The notes beneath the pieces were generated by a model. The model did no database searches. It had not been told where the DNA came from and saw only the letters and a list, made by a program, of their open reading frames with translations. DNA of 63,331 nt, the filler included, from Octopus bimaculoides (lineage: Eukaryota): the NCBI RefSeq assembly GCF_001194135.2. It is 8 parts of 6 records of this genome, joined end to end, with 100 filler letters (N's around TTAATTAATTAA, not from the genome) between each part and the next. Parts side by side here need not be neighbours in the genome. Positions count along the whole stretch, not along the records: positions 12,792 to 33,770 come from NC_068981.1; positions 33,871 to 36,786 come from NW_026375923.1; positions 36,887 to 45,650 come from NC_068988.1; 5 more parts are not named here. One strand, 5' to 3'. Every line of letters begins with the position of its first letter. Positions within the stretch are counted from its first letter, which is position 1. This document shows positions 25,396 through 37,240 of the stretch, piece after piece. Both the position numbers and the translations under genes were made by a program.

Positions 25396-26529
25396 AAGAA
25401 CTCCTTTATAGCCAGGACGATCTTTTCAGTAAAGGAGGTCAAAATCTGTTTCACTTAAACACCAAGTAGGATCCGATGATATATTGGAAAAGGTTGGGCC
25501 GAACGTATTGCGGTAATTTTCCGGCTTCTTACGTTCTGAGTTCAAGTTCTCACATGGTCTACTTGGAGGACAGACTTAATCCGGTTAAAGCCCACCATCT
25601 TTCACCTTGTGTCCCTTTAACGGAGTCCACTCTGTTGTAAGCATCTGAATCAGGTCTCTAGCTAGAGGATATCTTCCTTCCGCCCTTCCACCAGCACGGG
25701 TCTCGAAGATTCTGTAAAGGATTGCGGGCATTCCCTCCCTATTGAAAGATGATAAAAAGTGCTCTTAATAAATGTCATTGCATTTTTCATTTAATTGCAT
25801 TTTCTTTTATGAGACCTTATTAGATTGCATTGCAGCCCTCACAATACAATCTAGCCTTCATGTATAAAATCGTTCCCCACCATATACCACCAGTGACCTA
25901 GTCAAAAGGAGAGCAAGGGAGGCGACCGTTCCCTCAAGCACATTTTTCAAAATTGACGTCTTTTCAGTATTTTTTTAAAAATCTCTTTTTTTCTCCGTTA
26001 ATCACATGGCCTTGGAAGAACTTTCTAGAGTCATTACTTTATTTGACCAACCGCCCTTGTTTTTGAACAGTCTGCACAATGTCCTGTGATGTGTTGGTGG
26101 CAGCTAACTTCTGAAGAAATCAAAACAAACCCTGATGTCATAACCTCTCGACACTGGACGATCCCGTGGCGTTTCATCTTTTTCGTGTCACTCTTATATC
26201 GGTAGTTGCAAGTTTCATATATTAATTACATCATTATTGAATTATGAAAATAATGAACGTAGGATATAATTACGCATATTATAACTAATGAAATATTTTT
26301 CTTATGTTACGCGAAATATTCTGTGTAATATAAGAGAAATGAGTTAAAAAATTGATTGGTATGTGTCACAGGGCCATTTTTTATGTGCTTGTTTCCCCTA
26401 ACTTTAGAATCTGGTAACACGTCTGCATATCATATGTATTTTTCTATATTCATATTCATTTCCTAACTTATGTAATGTTGCATTAGTTGCCACAGAAAAA
26501 AAGTTAACTTCTGCAGTTAAATATTTGGT

Positions 26530-26611
<82 letters not shown>

Positions 26612-26989
26612 TACATCGGGTTGTAATGGTGAAATATGTTTACATTAAATTCTTACCAGTTCTGCGCCTCACACTCATGTCTTGGTACATACAGATCTAT
26701 CACACTCTCCACATTCTCTCCTGTCTATTTTGCCTCACACTTACATCCGCTTCTACTTCCTTATATCCACGCTTACTTTACACACACACATACACACACA
26801 CACACACACATTTTACTGTTGAGCAGAGTGGAGCAACGTGAAATGAAGTATATCGTTCAAGAACATCTAGTGACAATTATAATTCTCCTTTCGGGTGAAA
26901 CACCGCAAATTGCTGTTTATATTGATTCTGCGCGCGCGTGTAGAGGATGTTCGGTTTAAATTGGACGATTTTTATGTTTCTTTTACAGG

Positions 26990-27596
26990 AACAGCTTGAT
27001 GAACAGTCAATGAAGTTGGGGAGCATAAAGGCTAAAGTTGGAGTTGAGAAAAATTTAGCAGATATGCAAGACTGGAAGCCATCTGAATATTGGAAAAGAG
27101 TTACCTGTATCATGGTGATTCACGCCGGGAATCAAAATTACATTATGACTGCTGCTCAATGCTCTGTGAATATTATAAAAGTTGTGAGACGTGATATGTA
27201 CGACCGCAACGGAGACTACGAAACTTTGGCCTTCAAGAAGGGACACAGCAGGTATTCTGATTGTGTTCGCACGCTGGAGTTTATCCCCACATCTTTGAAG
27301 AGGGTCTTAAACTCAATTCAAATGACTATGTGAAGCTGCTGGGGACTGTGGTAAATCTCTGGCTGGGGAGGGTTGCTGCTGGAAGGACACCTGTACAGCA
27401 GCAAGATTCGGTTCCTTGCTATACCCCCGGGAAGAGTAAAAAAGTGGAATTTCTGTGACTTTACCAGCCTCAATTTATGGCCTCCTAATTCTCTCGATTT
27501 TAATCCCATGGATTAGTATGTGTGGGGCGCGGTTTCGATAGATACCAACTGCTCTGCCTGCAACACCAAAGCCAAGCTGGTGCCCAAGATGAAGGA
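26990..27596 (+). mobile_element. Internally deleted maT/DD37D-like Tc1-mariner transposase pseudogene
   Basis: N-terminus WKPSEYWKRV..IMVIHAG...TAAQCSVN...HSRYSDCVRT is fused to the catalytic part FEEGLKLNSNDYVKLL...QQDSVP and LWPPNSLDFNPMD*YVWGAV. The left boundary is approximate. Confidence 0.75.
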
Positions 27597-27727
27597 AGTT
27601 ATTTACATTATTTACATTTGATGGATATTTGTCCTCATCTTGTTTGTTGTTGACACAACGTTTCGGCTGATACACCCTCCAATCTTCATCAGGTGTCTTG
27701 GGGAAATTTCGAACCTTGGTTCTCATA
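27597..27727 (-). mobile_element. Truncated copy of the hammerhead-SINE family (hammerhead at 27652-27697)
   Basis: GACAC-CTGATGA-A-GATTG-GAGGGTGTAT-CAGCC-GAAACGT-T-GTGTC. Helix I is perfectly paired and helix II has one mismatch. Shares the AACAACAAACAAGATGAGGACAAATATCC tail. Confidence 0.75.
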
Positions 27728-27734
27728 GCCCGTC

Positions 27735-27870
27735 TCTTCTATCTGCTTCATAACCTCCCCCGACGGTATCGTTAGCCCGTCTATACATTTGATTTTGCTT
27801 CTCTTCAAGACTAACACACCACACTTTCTCATTCCAAACTCTATTCTGATATCAGCACTGGAGGTACTAA
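27735..27870 (-). mobile_element. R4/Dong-like RT fragment
   Basis: SADIRIEFGMRKCGVLVLKRSKIKCIDGLTIPSGEVMKQIEETGY. Confidence 0.7.
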
Positions 27871-27923
27871 CCCCAAGATTCCGAGTTCTATTCCAGGCAG
27901 TGACCTGAATAATAATAATACTA

Positions 27924-27995
<72 letters not shown>

Positions 27996-28165
27996 TCGAA
28001 AAATACATTAGGAATGAGAAACCAGGTTCGAAATTTCCCCAAGGCTCCTGATGAAGGCTGGAGGGTATATCAGCCGAAGCGTTAACAACAAACAAGATGA
28101 GGACAAATATCCGTCAAAGGTAAATAATGTACATAATTCCTCATCTCTTGAATATAGAACAGTAT
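27871..28165 (+). mobile_element. Copy of the hammerhead-SINE family with partial tRNA head and degenerate ribozyme
   Basis: TACTAACCCCAAGATTCCGAGTTCTATTCCAGGCAGTGACC head remnant, TAA/GAT/CAA linker, CTGATGAAGGCTG...CAGCCGAAGCG (GAAA changed to GAAG, helix I lost), and the same tail. Confidence 0.75.
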
Positions 28166-29699
28166 TATCAAGGAGGTGTTCGAAACTCTTTCTCAGGGAC
28201 ACGGTGACGAACGAATGCGCCAGTTTCCGGAGCCGCCTTAATGCTGTGATGATAGCTACTTTGAATGAACTATGATCTCTCAGCTATAATCTCTTTGATA
28301 TTTTTTGATTTTTGAAAGTACTTTTTGTTTTGGTTGGGATATTGTTTTCTTTTCTTTTTATGGAAGTTGTTAAACTGAGCCCGAACAGCTTATATATGTT
28401 AGTAAATGAACCTCTTCGGCGGAAAGAAGTGGGCAGATGTGGAGAACAGTATTAAAATATTTGATGATTTGGTTCAAAATCATGATTTCAAAAAACGAAA
28501 CTAAAATAGTGATTTATAGTAAACGGGTATGTAAGGTCGACCGTGCGAACTCAAAAAGGAGAAATGGTGACGGATGGAAAAACAGAGGACTCCTTTTATT
28601 TAAACGTGTCACACGGTCGAACACAAAATAATATATCAATGATGATATACAAATATGTTATACGACGATAACATAGATGACCAGTAATGAAAGACCACAA
28701 CCGTATTAGATGAATAACAGAAATATTTATTGTAGCGTTAAAGATGTATGTCTGTGTGAGAGTGTGAATGCGACATATAAGAATATAATCAAAGACAGGC
28801 CGTCGTACAAAGAAAAGTGTGTATGTGAGTGATACATGTGTGTGTATGTGAGTTATTACAGCAGATAGAAAGAGTCAGTAACACGTGNNNNNNNNNNNNN
28901 NNNNNNNNNNNNNNNNNNNNNNNNNNNNNNNNNNNNNNNNNNNNNNNNNNNNNNNNNNNNNNNNNNNNNNNNNNNNNNNNNNNNNNNNNNNNNNNNNNNN
29001 NNNNNNNNNNNNNNNNNNNNNNNNNNNNNNNNNNNNNNNNNNNNNNNNNNNNNNNNNNNNNNNNNNNNNNNNNNNNNNNNNNNNNNNNNNNNNNNNNNNN
29101 NNNNNNNNNNNNNNNNNNNNNNNNNNNNNNNNNNNNNNNNNNNNNNNNNNNNNNNNNNNNNNNNNNNNNNNNNNNNNNNNNNNNNNNNNNNNNNNNNNNN
29201 NNNNNNNNNNNNNNNNNNNNNNNNNNNNNNNNNNNNNNNNNNNNNNNNNNNNNNNNNNNNNNNNNNNNNNNNNNNNNNNNNNNNNNNNNNNNNNAGAGAA
29301 ACTGGACCGAGACAAAGTTGGCCGCCGAGTTAAAGCTATTTATAACAAACTATCGGCTCCCGATGGCTTCAGAATTTTACTCTATCACGTGACCTTATTA
29401 GGGGCCGTGATTGGTCAGTTTGCGTTCTAGCGGGAACGGTTCGAAGAAGTTGCCGCTTCGAATATTAATCAGTCACGTGATGACAAGGAATGGGTTCTCT
29501 GCTACGCTCGCGTGTGTTTATATTTAAATGAGAAGAATGGCGATAGCAGTTTTGTATCTAATGGCGATAGGTAGAAGAGACGATAGGTAGTTTCACTACA
29601 GGTATATTTGGTAATCCGGCATTACTTATGTCGTAATGGTGTTGGGTTAGAGGAATTCCCATACATACATACATACATACATACATACATACATTCGTA

Positions 29700-30035
29700 C
29701 GTACATAACAAAGGCTTGGAGGAGGAGCAGGTATCATACCAACAAAAAGCTAGAGGGCTACAACAGCATTGGTAGGAAGAGAGTAACTTCTCTTGGACCT
29801 GCAATAGATGCATTACATTCAACCTAGAAGGATATGTCTTCGTTATCCAGGAAAAGGAGATAGCTACTAAATACCTGATAACGAAGAGGGACAAGATACC
29901 ACCAAACCTACACGTTGTGATAAAAAAAAATGTCGGTTCTGCTAGACCTGAGTGGAAGATAGCACCCACATAGCACCACATAGCAGCTGCCCCAAAATGT
30001 TTACGAGATAATACCTGCCCCTGAGGCATGATATA
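29700..30035 (+). mobile_element. R4/Dong-like LINE fragment (region around the CCHC knuckle)
   Basis: LEGYVFVIQEKEIATKYLITKRD...HHIA...YLPLRHD across frameshifts. Confidence 0.6.
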
Positions 30036-30118
30036 GTTTCAAAGAATATATACACTGCTATTCGTAGGAAGGCCTGCCCTGACAACCAGTGTTGGTTTAT
30101 TTAACGTCCCCGTAACAG

Positions 30119-30755
30119 GAAGGCGGCGAGCTGGCAGAAACGTTAGCACACCGGGCGAAATGCTTAGCGGTATTTCGTCTGCCACTGCGTTCTGAGTTCA
30201 AATTCCGCCGAGGTCGACTTTGCCTTTCATCCTTTCGGGGTCGATAAATTAAGTACCAGTTACGCACTGGGGTCGATATAATCGACTTATTCCGTTTGTC
30301 TGTCCTTGTTTGTCCCCTCTGTGTGTAGCCCCTTGTGGGCAGTAAAGAAATAGGTATTTCGTCTGTCTTTACGTTCTGTGTTCAAATTCCGCCGAGGTCT
30401 TGACTTTGCCTGTAATCCTTTTGGGGTTGATAAATTAAGTACTAGTTGCGTACTGGAGTCGATCTAATCGACTGGCCCCGTCCCTAAAAATTTCGGGCCT
30501 TTTGCCTAGAGTAGAAAAGAATAGGCAAAAAAAATATCACTGATTCTTTTCTACTCTAGGAACAAGACCTGAAATATTGAGGTAAGAGGACAGTCGATTA
30601 GATCGACCTCAGTATGCAGTTGGTACTTAATTTATTGACCCCGAAAGGATAAAAGGAAAAGCCGACCTCGGCGGAATTTGAACTCAGAGCGTACCGACGT
30701 GCGACCACTTAACAGTTCGCCTGGCGTGCTAACGTTTCTACCAGCTCGCCACCGT
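30119..30755. mobile_element. Cluster of three SINE family A copies (+, +, -)
   Basis: Head aaggcggcgagctggcagaa with box B gagttcaaattc and core ctttgcctttcatcctttcggggtcgataaattaagtacc. Other copies at ~46538-46875, 47345-47520, 48404-48625, 50878-51305 and 55535-55680. Confidence 0.85.
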
Positions 30756-31576
30756 CTGACTGTCAATGATTCGTCTTGACGTAAATCAAGCTTTTACAAG
30801 GACGCAGGCGGTGAATATAGTCGATTCGATCAAGCATAATACATCATTGTTGTTATATATTTTTTATCGATTGATGCTGCGTACGATATACACTACGGAA
30901 GAGATTTGTATTTAGAACAGTCAGATAGTCCATAGTACTTAAACTAAGCGAAGGCTCTGTTCAAGCTCACAACCGTTTGTATTAGTTTCACTGCATCACA
31001 ACACAATAAAAATAGTAAATACTAGGATCTTTTCAAAGTGTTTCGTTAATGAAAAATGTGGCCCCCGTTTTAAAAAAGATCCAAATACTATTGCTTATTT
31101 GCCGTAAAAAGTCAATTATGATACATATTAACTTAATAAACTTGATGTTAATATATCTATTTGTGTCACTAAATGTACTAAGTGACACATGTGACGGTAG
31201 CATTCACTTCTCACTAACTCAGCGGAAATCGTCTATTATATGAAAGAAGTCTCAACATCCCACGTGTTACAAGCTTGTGATATATATGTTTCAGTCTTTA
31301 GATTGCGGTCATGCCTTGAAGTATTTTAGTCGAACAAACCGATCCCAGAACTTGTTATTTTTTAAAACCTGGTAATTATTCTATCGGATCCTTTTGCCGA
31401 GCCGCTTAGTTACAGGGACGTAAATATATGAACACCGGCTGTCAAGCGGTAGTGGAGGCAAACACACACACACACACACACACACACGTATACAATTATG
31501 CGCTTTAACTACAGCATTAGAGCTTTTTAGCTCTTATTTCTAGCAGTGTAGGTGTTCTAACTTCCTAGTTATATTA

Positions 31577-31623
<47 letters not shown>

Positions 31624-31803
31624 CTCACAGAAGTATGTATATCCCTAAAAAAAATTTAGTAAAATTACCATTACGCTGATAATATCGAAGAAAGCAAAAG
31701 CTCGCTCGCTCGATCTCGATTTTCAGTCTTTGAGACTGAGGAGTGAAGGTGTAGGACAGTATGGTTCTACCACCCTTTGGGTCTTCTAGATACTAATACA
31801 ACT

Positions 31804-31843
<40 letters not shown>

Positions 31844-31901
31844 TGCATATATGGGTACAGGGCGTCACCAACAGTAAACAACATGTAATACGAAAACAAA
31901 T

Positions 31902-32315
31902 GAGTTAAATACGCAAACAACGAGTGAAAAAATGGAAAACAGGACAAGTAATACACAGAATGACCCTTCATCAGTTGTCGGCTGCCTATCTACTCCTCAT
32001 TTCGAGCAATCAATGATAATATGAGTCTTCGAAGACAGTTGCTCCCATAAATACCAAAATAAAATTTGGGATTTATGGAGGGTCTAAGCTGGGAACAAAA
32101 ACAGGACAGTGGACACATACAAGGAAACCGAACGAAAACAAGCATGGAGGGTTGTTGGACCAGAACGAGGGGAAAATAGTGAACGCACATGCATATGTAT
32201 ACATGTATATGCTCGAAATGAGGAGTAGATAGACAGCCGACAACTGATGAAGGGTCTTTCTCTGTGTTAACTTGTCCTGTTTTCCATTTTTTCTCGTTGT
32301 TTACGTAATTTACTC
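31902..32315. repeat. ~105-bp inverted repeat pair (31902-32008 / 32210-32315)
   Basis: tgctcgaaatgaggagtagatag(a/g)cagccgacaactgatgaagggtc...ttgtcctgttttccattttt appears on both strands. Confidence 0.8.
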
Positions 32316-32421
32316 GAAAATATCAGCCAAAACTGAATGAAAAATAATACCACAATCACCATCTCAACAATCCACAGAAAGATACCAGCCAAACACTGCC
32401 TGAATAAGGAAAAGTATCATT

Positions 32422-32803
32422 CTCATGGCACTCCGTCGCTTACGACGTCGAGGGTTCCAGTTGATCCGATCAACGGAACAGCCTGCTCGTGAAATTAACG
32501 TGCAAGTGGCTGAGCACTCCACAGACTTGTGCACCCTTAACGTAGTGCTCAGGGATATTCAGCGTAACACAGTGTGACAAGGCTGACTCTTTGAAATAGA
32601 GGTCAAACAGAAACAGGAAGAAAGAGTGAGAGAAAGTTGTGGTGGAAGAGTACAGCAGGGTTCGCCACCATCCTCTGCCGGAGCCTCGTGGGGCTTTAGG
32701 TGTTTTCGCTCAATAAACACTCACAACGCTCGGTCTGGGAATCGAAACCGCGATTCTATGACCGCGAGTCCGCTGCCCTAACCACTGGGCCATTGCGCCT
32801 CCA
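32422..32803 (-). mobile_element. SINE family C, full length (second copy at 39220-39605)
   Basis: tRNA head GTGGAGGCGCAATGGCCCAGTGGTTAGGGCAGCGGACTCGCGGTCATAGAATCGCGGTTTCGATTCCCAGACC with boxes A and B, and tail ...cctcgacgtcgtaagcgacggagtgcca. Confidence 0.85.
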
Positions 32804-33870
32804 CAAGGAAAATTATATATGAATTGAATTGAATTGAGTTGAACTAGTTTCAGCTCACGGACTGTGACCATGCTGGAGCGCCACCATTTGATTTTACGAC
32901 ATACACATTTTTAACTTCGCTAAAACTTTTTTTATAGAACTTGACATTCGATGCATGAGAGAATCTGACACCGCTGCCTCCTCTTGCACTTCTTGCTGTG
33001 AAGTTAAATTCATCTGGGACTCTTGAGAGTAAGGGATGTAATCCTGTTTTTTTGATGTCACTTATATCCACCTGATATGAGTATGCACTCTTTTTTGTAT
33101 TATCTTATGTACGCATGTGCATATATGAGTGGAAATATCTATAGGTGTGTGTATATATGTATATATGTGTGTGTATATATGTATATGTGTGTGTGCAGGT
33201 ATGTAAGTATGTATATTTACATAAAAATACAAGGATATAAGTTTGTATGGATGTACACCCTCTTATGTGTGTATGTGTGAACACATATGCATATGTACAC
33301 ATATATGTATTTGTGAGTATATATATCTGTGTGAGTATATATATCTGTGTGAGTATATATATGTAAATATATGTGTGTGTGGGTGTGTTTGTGTGTGTGT
33401 GTGGATGTATGTATAAACGCGTGTGTAGATGTGTGGGTGTATGTGTATGCAGATGTATGTGTATGTGGATGTATGTGAATGTGGATGTATGTGTGTGTAT
33501 GTGATACACCATACCAACTGTGAAGAATTAATAAAATGGCCTCAAATCATTTGTCATATTATATTTATACCTCCTGCTGGAGCCTAGCAGCAGGTATAAA
33601 AAAGGGGGAATTTGACAAGACAGTCAGTCGGGCGCTGACACTCGTTGATGCTGCATCGAAGAGGCCAGGGTATAGAAGAAAGAAGACATGCACCCAACGC
33701 CAGAGCTGAAGCCACCTCCGAAAGGAGGGGCCGAAACCGGACGTGGTTCCTCCTGATGATGTCTTCAGCTNNNNNNNNNNNNNNNNNNNNNNNNNNNNNN
33801 NNNNNNNNNNNNNNTTAATTAATTAANNNNNNNNNNNNNNNNNNNNNNNNNNNNNNNNNNNNNNNNNNNN

Positions 33871-36741
33871 CATAAAGTCGGGGTCCAAACATTTGCACTG
33901 TGGCCATAAAGTCGGACCAGAAATTGAACACTGGCCATAAAGTCGGGTTTCAAAACATTTGTACCAATAATTGAGCACTGTCCATGAAGACGGAGACCAA
34001 AAATTGGACACTAGCATAAAGTCATGGACCACTAATTGAGGCATAAAGTCGGGGCCCAAACATTTGCACACTGTCCATAAAGTGGGGGGTCGAAACATCG
34101 GCAAACTAGACATAAATTCGTGGTCAAAACATTTGCACACTGGCCATGATTTCGGGGACCAAAAATTGAACACTGACCATTAAGTCGGGATCCAAACATT
34201 TNNNNNNNNNNNNNNNNNNNNNNNNNNNNNNNNNNNNNNNNNNNNNNNNNNNNNNNNNNNNNNNNNNNNNNNNNNNNNNNNNNNNNNNNNNNCCAATGGC
34301 CATGAAGTCGGGATCCAAAAATTAAACATTGGCCATAAAGTCGGGGACCAGAAATTGAACATTGGCCATAAAGTCGGGGTCCAAACATTTGCACACTAGC
34401 CATAAAGTCGGGACCAGAAATTGAACACTGGCCATAAAGTCNNNNNNNNNNNNNNNNNACACTGGCCATAAAGTCGGGGACCAGAAATTGAACACTGGCC
34501 ATAAAGTCGGGGACAATAAATTGAACACTGGCCATAAAGTCGGGGTTCAAAACATTTGCACACTGGCCATAAAGTCGGGGACCAAAAATTGAACACTGAC
34601 CATTAAGTCGGGATCCAAACATTTNNNNNNNNNNNNNNNNNNNNNNNNNNNNNNNNNNNNNNNNNNNNNNNNNNNNNNNNNNNNNNNNNNNNNNNNNNNN
34701 NNNNNNNNNNNNNNNNNNNNNNNNNNNNNNNNNNNNNNNNNCCAATGGCCATGAAGTCGGGATCCAAAAATTAAACATTGGCCATAAAGTCAGGGACCAG
34801 AAATTGAACACTGGCCATAAAGTCGGGGACAAAAAATTGAACACTGGCCANNNNNNNNNNTGAACACTGGCCATAAAGTCGGGGACAAAAAATTGAACAC
34901 TGGCCATAAATTTGGGGTTCAAAACATTTGCACACTGGCCATAAAGTCGCAGTCCAAACATTTGCACAGTGGCCATAAAGTCGGGGACGAGAAATTGAAC
35001 ACTGGCCATAAANNNNNNNNNNGCACAGTGGCCATAAAGTCGGGGACGAGAAATTGAACACTGGCCATAAAGTCGGGGTCCAATCATTTGCACACTGGCC
35101 ATTCAATCGGGGTCCAATCATTTGCACACTGGCCATNNNNNNNNNNTTGCACACTGGCCATTCAATCGGGGTCCAATCATTTGCACACTGGCCATTTAAT
35201 CGGAGTCCCAACATTTGCACACTGGCCATAATTTCGGGGTTGAAACATTGGCAAACTGGCCATAATTTCGGGGTCTAAACATTTGCGCACGTGCCATAAA
35301 GTCAGGGATAAAATATTTCACACTNNNNNNNNNNCACTGACCATAAATTCGGGGACCAAAAATTGCACACTGGCCATAAAGTCGGGGTCCAAACATTTGC
35401 ATACTGGCCATAAAGTTGAGGTCCAAACATTTACACAGTGGCCATAAAGTCGAGGACCGAAAATTGGACACTGGCCATAAAGTGGGGGAACCAAAAATTG
35501 AACACTGGCCATAAAGTCGGGATCTAAACATTTGCACACTATCAATTTAATCCGGGCCCAAACATTTGCACACTACACTGGCCATAAAGTCAGGGTCTAA
35601 ACATTGGCAAAATGGCCAAAAATTCGTGGTCAGAATATTTGCACACTGGCCATAAAGTAGGGGTCCAAACATTTGCACAGTGGTCATAAAGTCGGAGACG
35701 AGAAATTGAACATTGGCCATAAAGTCATGGACAAATAATTGAACACTGGCCATAAAGACGAGGACCAAAAATTGAACACTAGCCATAAAGTTGGGGGCCA
35801 ATAATTGAGCAATGACCATTAATTCAGGTTCCAATCATTTGCACACTGGCCATTTCATCGGGGTCTAAACATTTGCACATGTGCCATAAAATTGGGGACA
35901 AAAAATTTCACACTGGCTACAAAGTCGGGAACCAAAATTTGAACACTCGTCAGAAAGTCGGGGACCAAAAATTGAACACTGGCCATAAATTCGGGGTCTA
36001 AACATTTGCACACTATCAATTTAATCCGGGCCCAAACATTTGCACATTGGCCATAAAGTCGGGGTCTAAACATGTGCAAAATGCCCCAAAATTTGGGGTC
36101 AGAATATTTGCACACTGGCCATAAATTCGGGGTCCAAACATTTGCACAGTGGCCATAAAGTCGGGTANNNNNNNNNNCCATAAATTCGGGGTCCAAACAT
36201 TTGCACAGTGGCCATAAAGTCGGGTACGAGAAATTGAAGATTGGCCATAAAGTCGGGGACCAATAATTGAGCACTGGCCATAAATTCAGTGTCCAATCAT
36301 TTGCNNNNNNNNNNCTGGCCATTTAATCGGGGCCCAAACATTTGCACACTGTCCATAAAGTCGGGGTCGAAACATTGGCAAACTAGCCATAAATTCGGTG
36401 TCACAACATTGGCACACTGGCCATAAAGTCGGGACCAAATATTGAACACTGGCGATAAAGTCATGAGCCAAACATATACACAGTGGCCATAAAGTCGGGG
36501 ACAAAAAATTTCACACTGGCTATAAAGTTGGGGACCAAAAATTGCACAACGGCTATATAGTCGGGGACCAAAATTTGAACACTGGCCATAAAGTCGGGGA
36601 CCAAAAATTGAACCCTGGCCATAAAGTCAGGGACCAAAAATTGAACGCTGGCCACAAAGTCGGGGACCAAAAATTGAACGCTGGCCATAAAGTCGGGGAC
36701 CAAAAATTGAACGCTGGCCATAAAGTCTTTATGGCCAGTGT
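33871..36741. repeat. Tandem satellite of interspersed 33-bp and 34-bp variants
   Basis: Units CACTGGCCATAAAGTCGGGG + ACCAAAAATTGAA (33 bp) or + TCCAAACATTTGCA (34 bp), interrupted by many short N gaps. Confidence 0.95.
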
Positions 36742-36886
36742 ATAATTTTTTGTACTGGATGAAGGACCAAATTTATAAACTGTAATNNNNNNNNNNNNNN
36801 NNNNNNNNNNNNNNNNNNNNNNNNNNNNNNTTAATTAATTAANNNNNNNNNNNNNNNNNNNNNNNNNNNNNNNNNNNNNNNNNNNN

Positions 36887-36918
<32 letters not shown>

Positions 36919-37240
36919 CTCCTACATGTTATATTTTGATTTTACCAAAGTCTTTGATATAGTCGACTAAGGAATCATACGCTTCAAGCTAAAAAGAAAA
37001 AAAACCTTTGGAGAAACAGAAAGGTTGAGAATGCGGATTGTTGATTTTCTTAAAGACCGGAGGTAAATGTTGACATCCACCCTTGCTCCGTAAAAACGTG
37101 ATAATAAGTAGAGTACCACAAGGCGTCGTTTTGAGTCGCTTTTTGTCATTCGTAATGTTGTCTACCAAAGACAACTACACCCAGCAGCTATACAGATTAT
37201 ACTAAAGTAAGGTTAGAGATGAACGCAGACCTTGTTATCT

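Noticed and set aside
29330-29620. Asserting this is the V-ATPase promoter
   Set aside because: An intervening scaffold join and the missing 5' exons mean it is kept only as a low-ranked hypothesis.
32730-32803. tRNA genes (also 37455-37529, 39540-39605, 47105-47180)
   Set aside because: These are tRNA-like heads continuous with dispersed repeat bodies, i.e. SINEs; no complete cloverleaf is evident.
32850-33071. ORF MDISDIKKTG... as a further exon
   Set aside because: No recognisable homology, only weak splice signals, and it runs into a SINE-B fragment.
33871-36741. CRISPR-like repeat/spacer array
   Set aside because: The variable parts are two recurring variants rather than unique spacers, the context is eukaryotic, and there are no cas genes.
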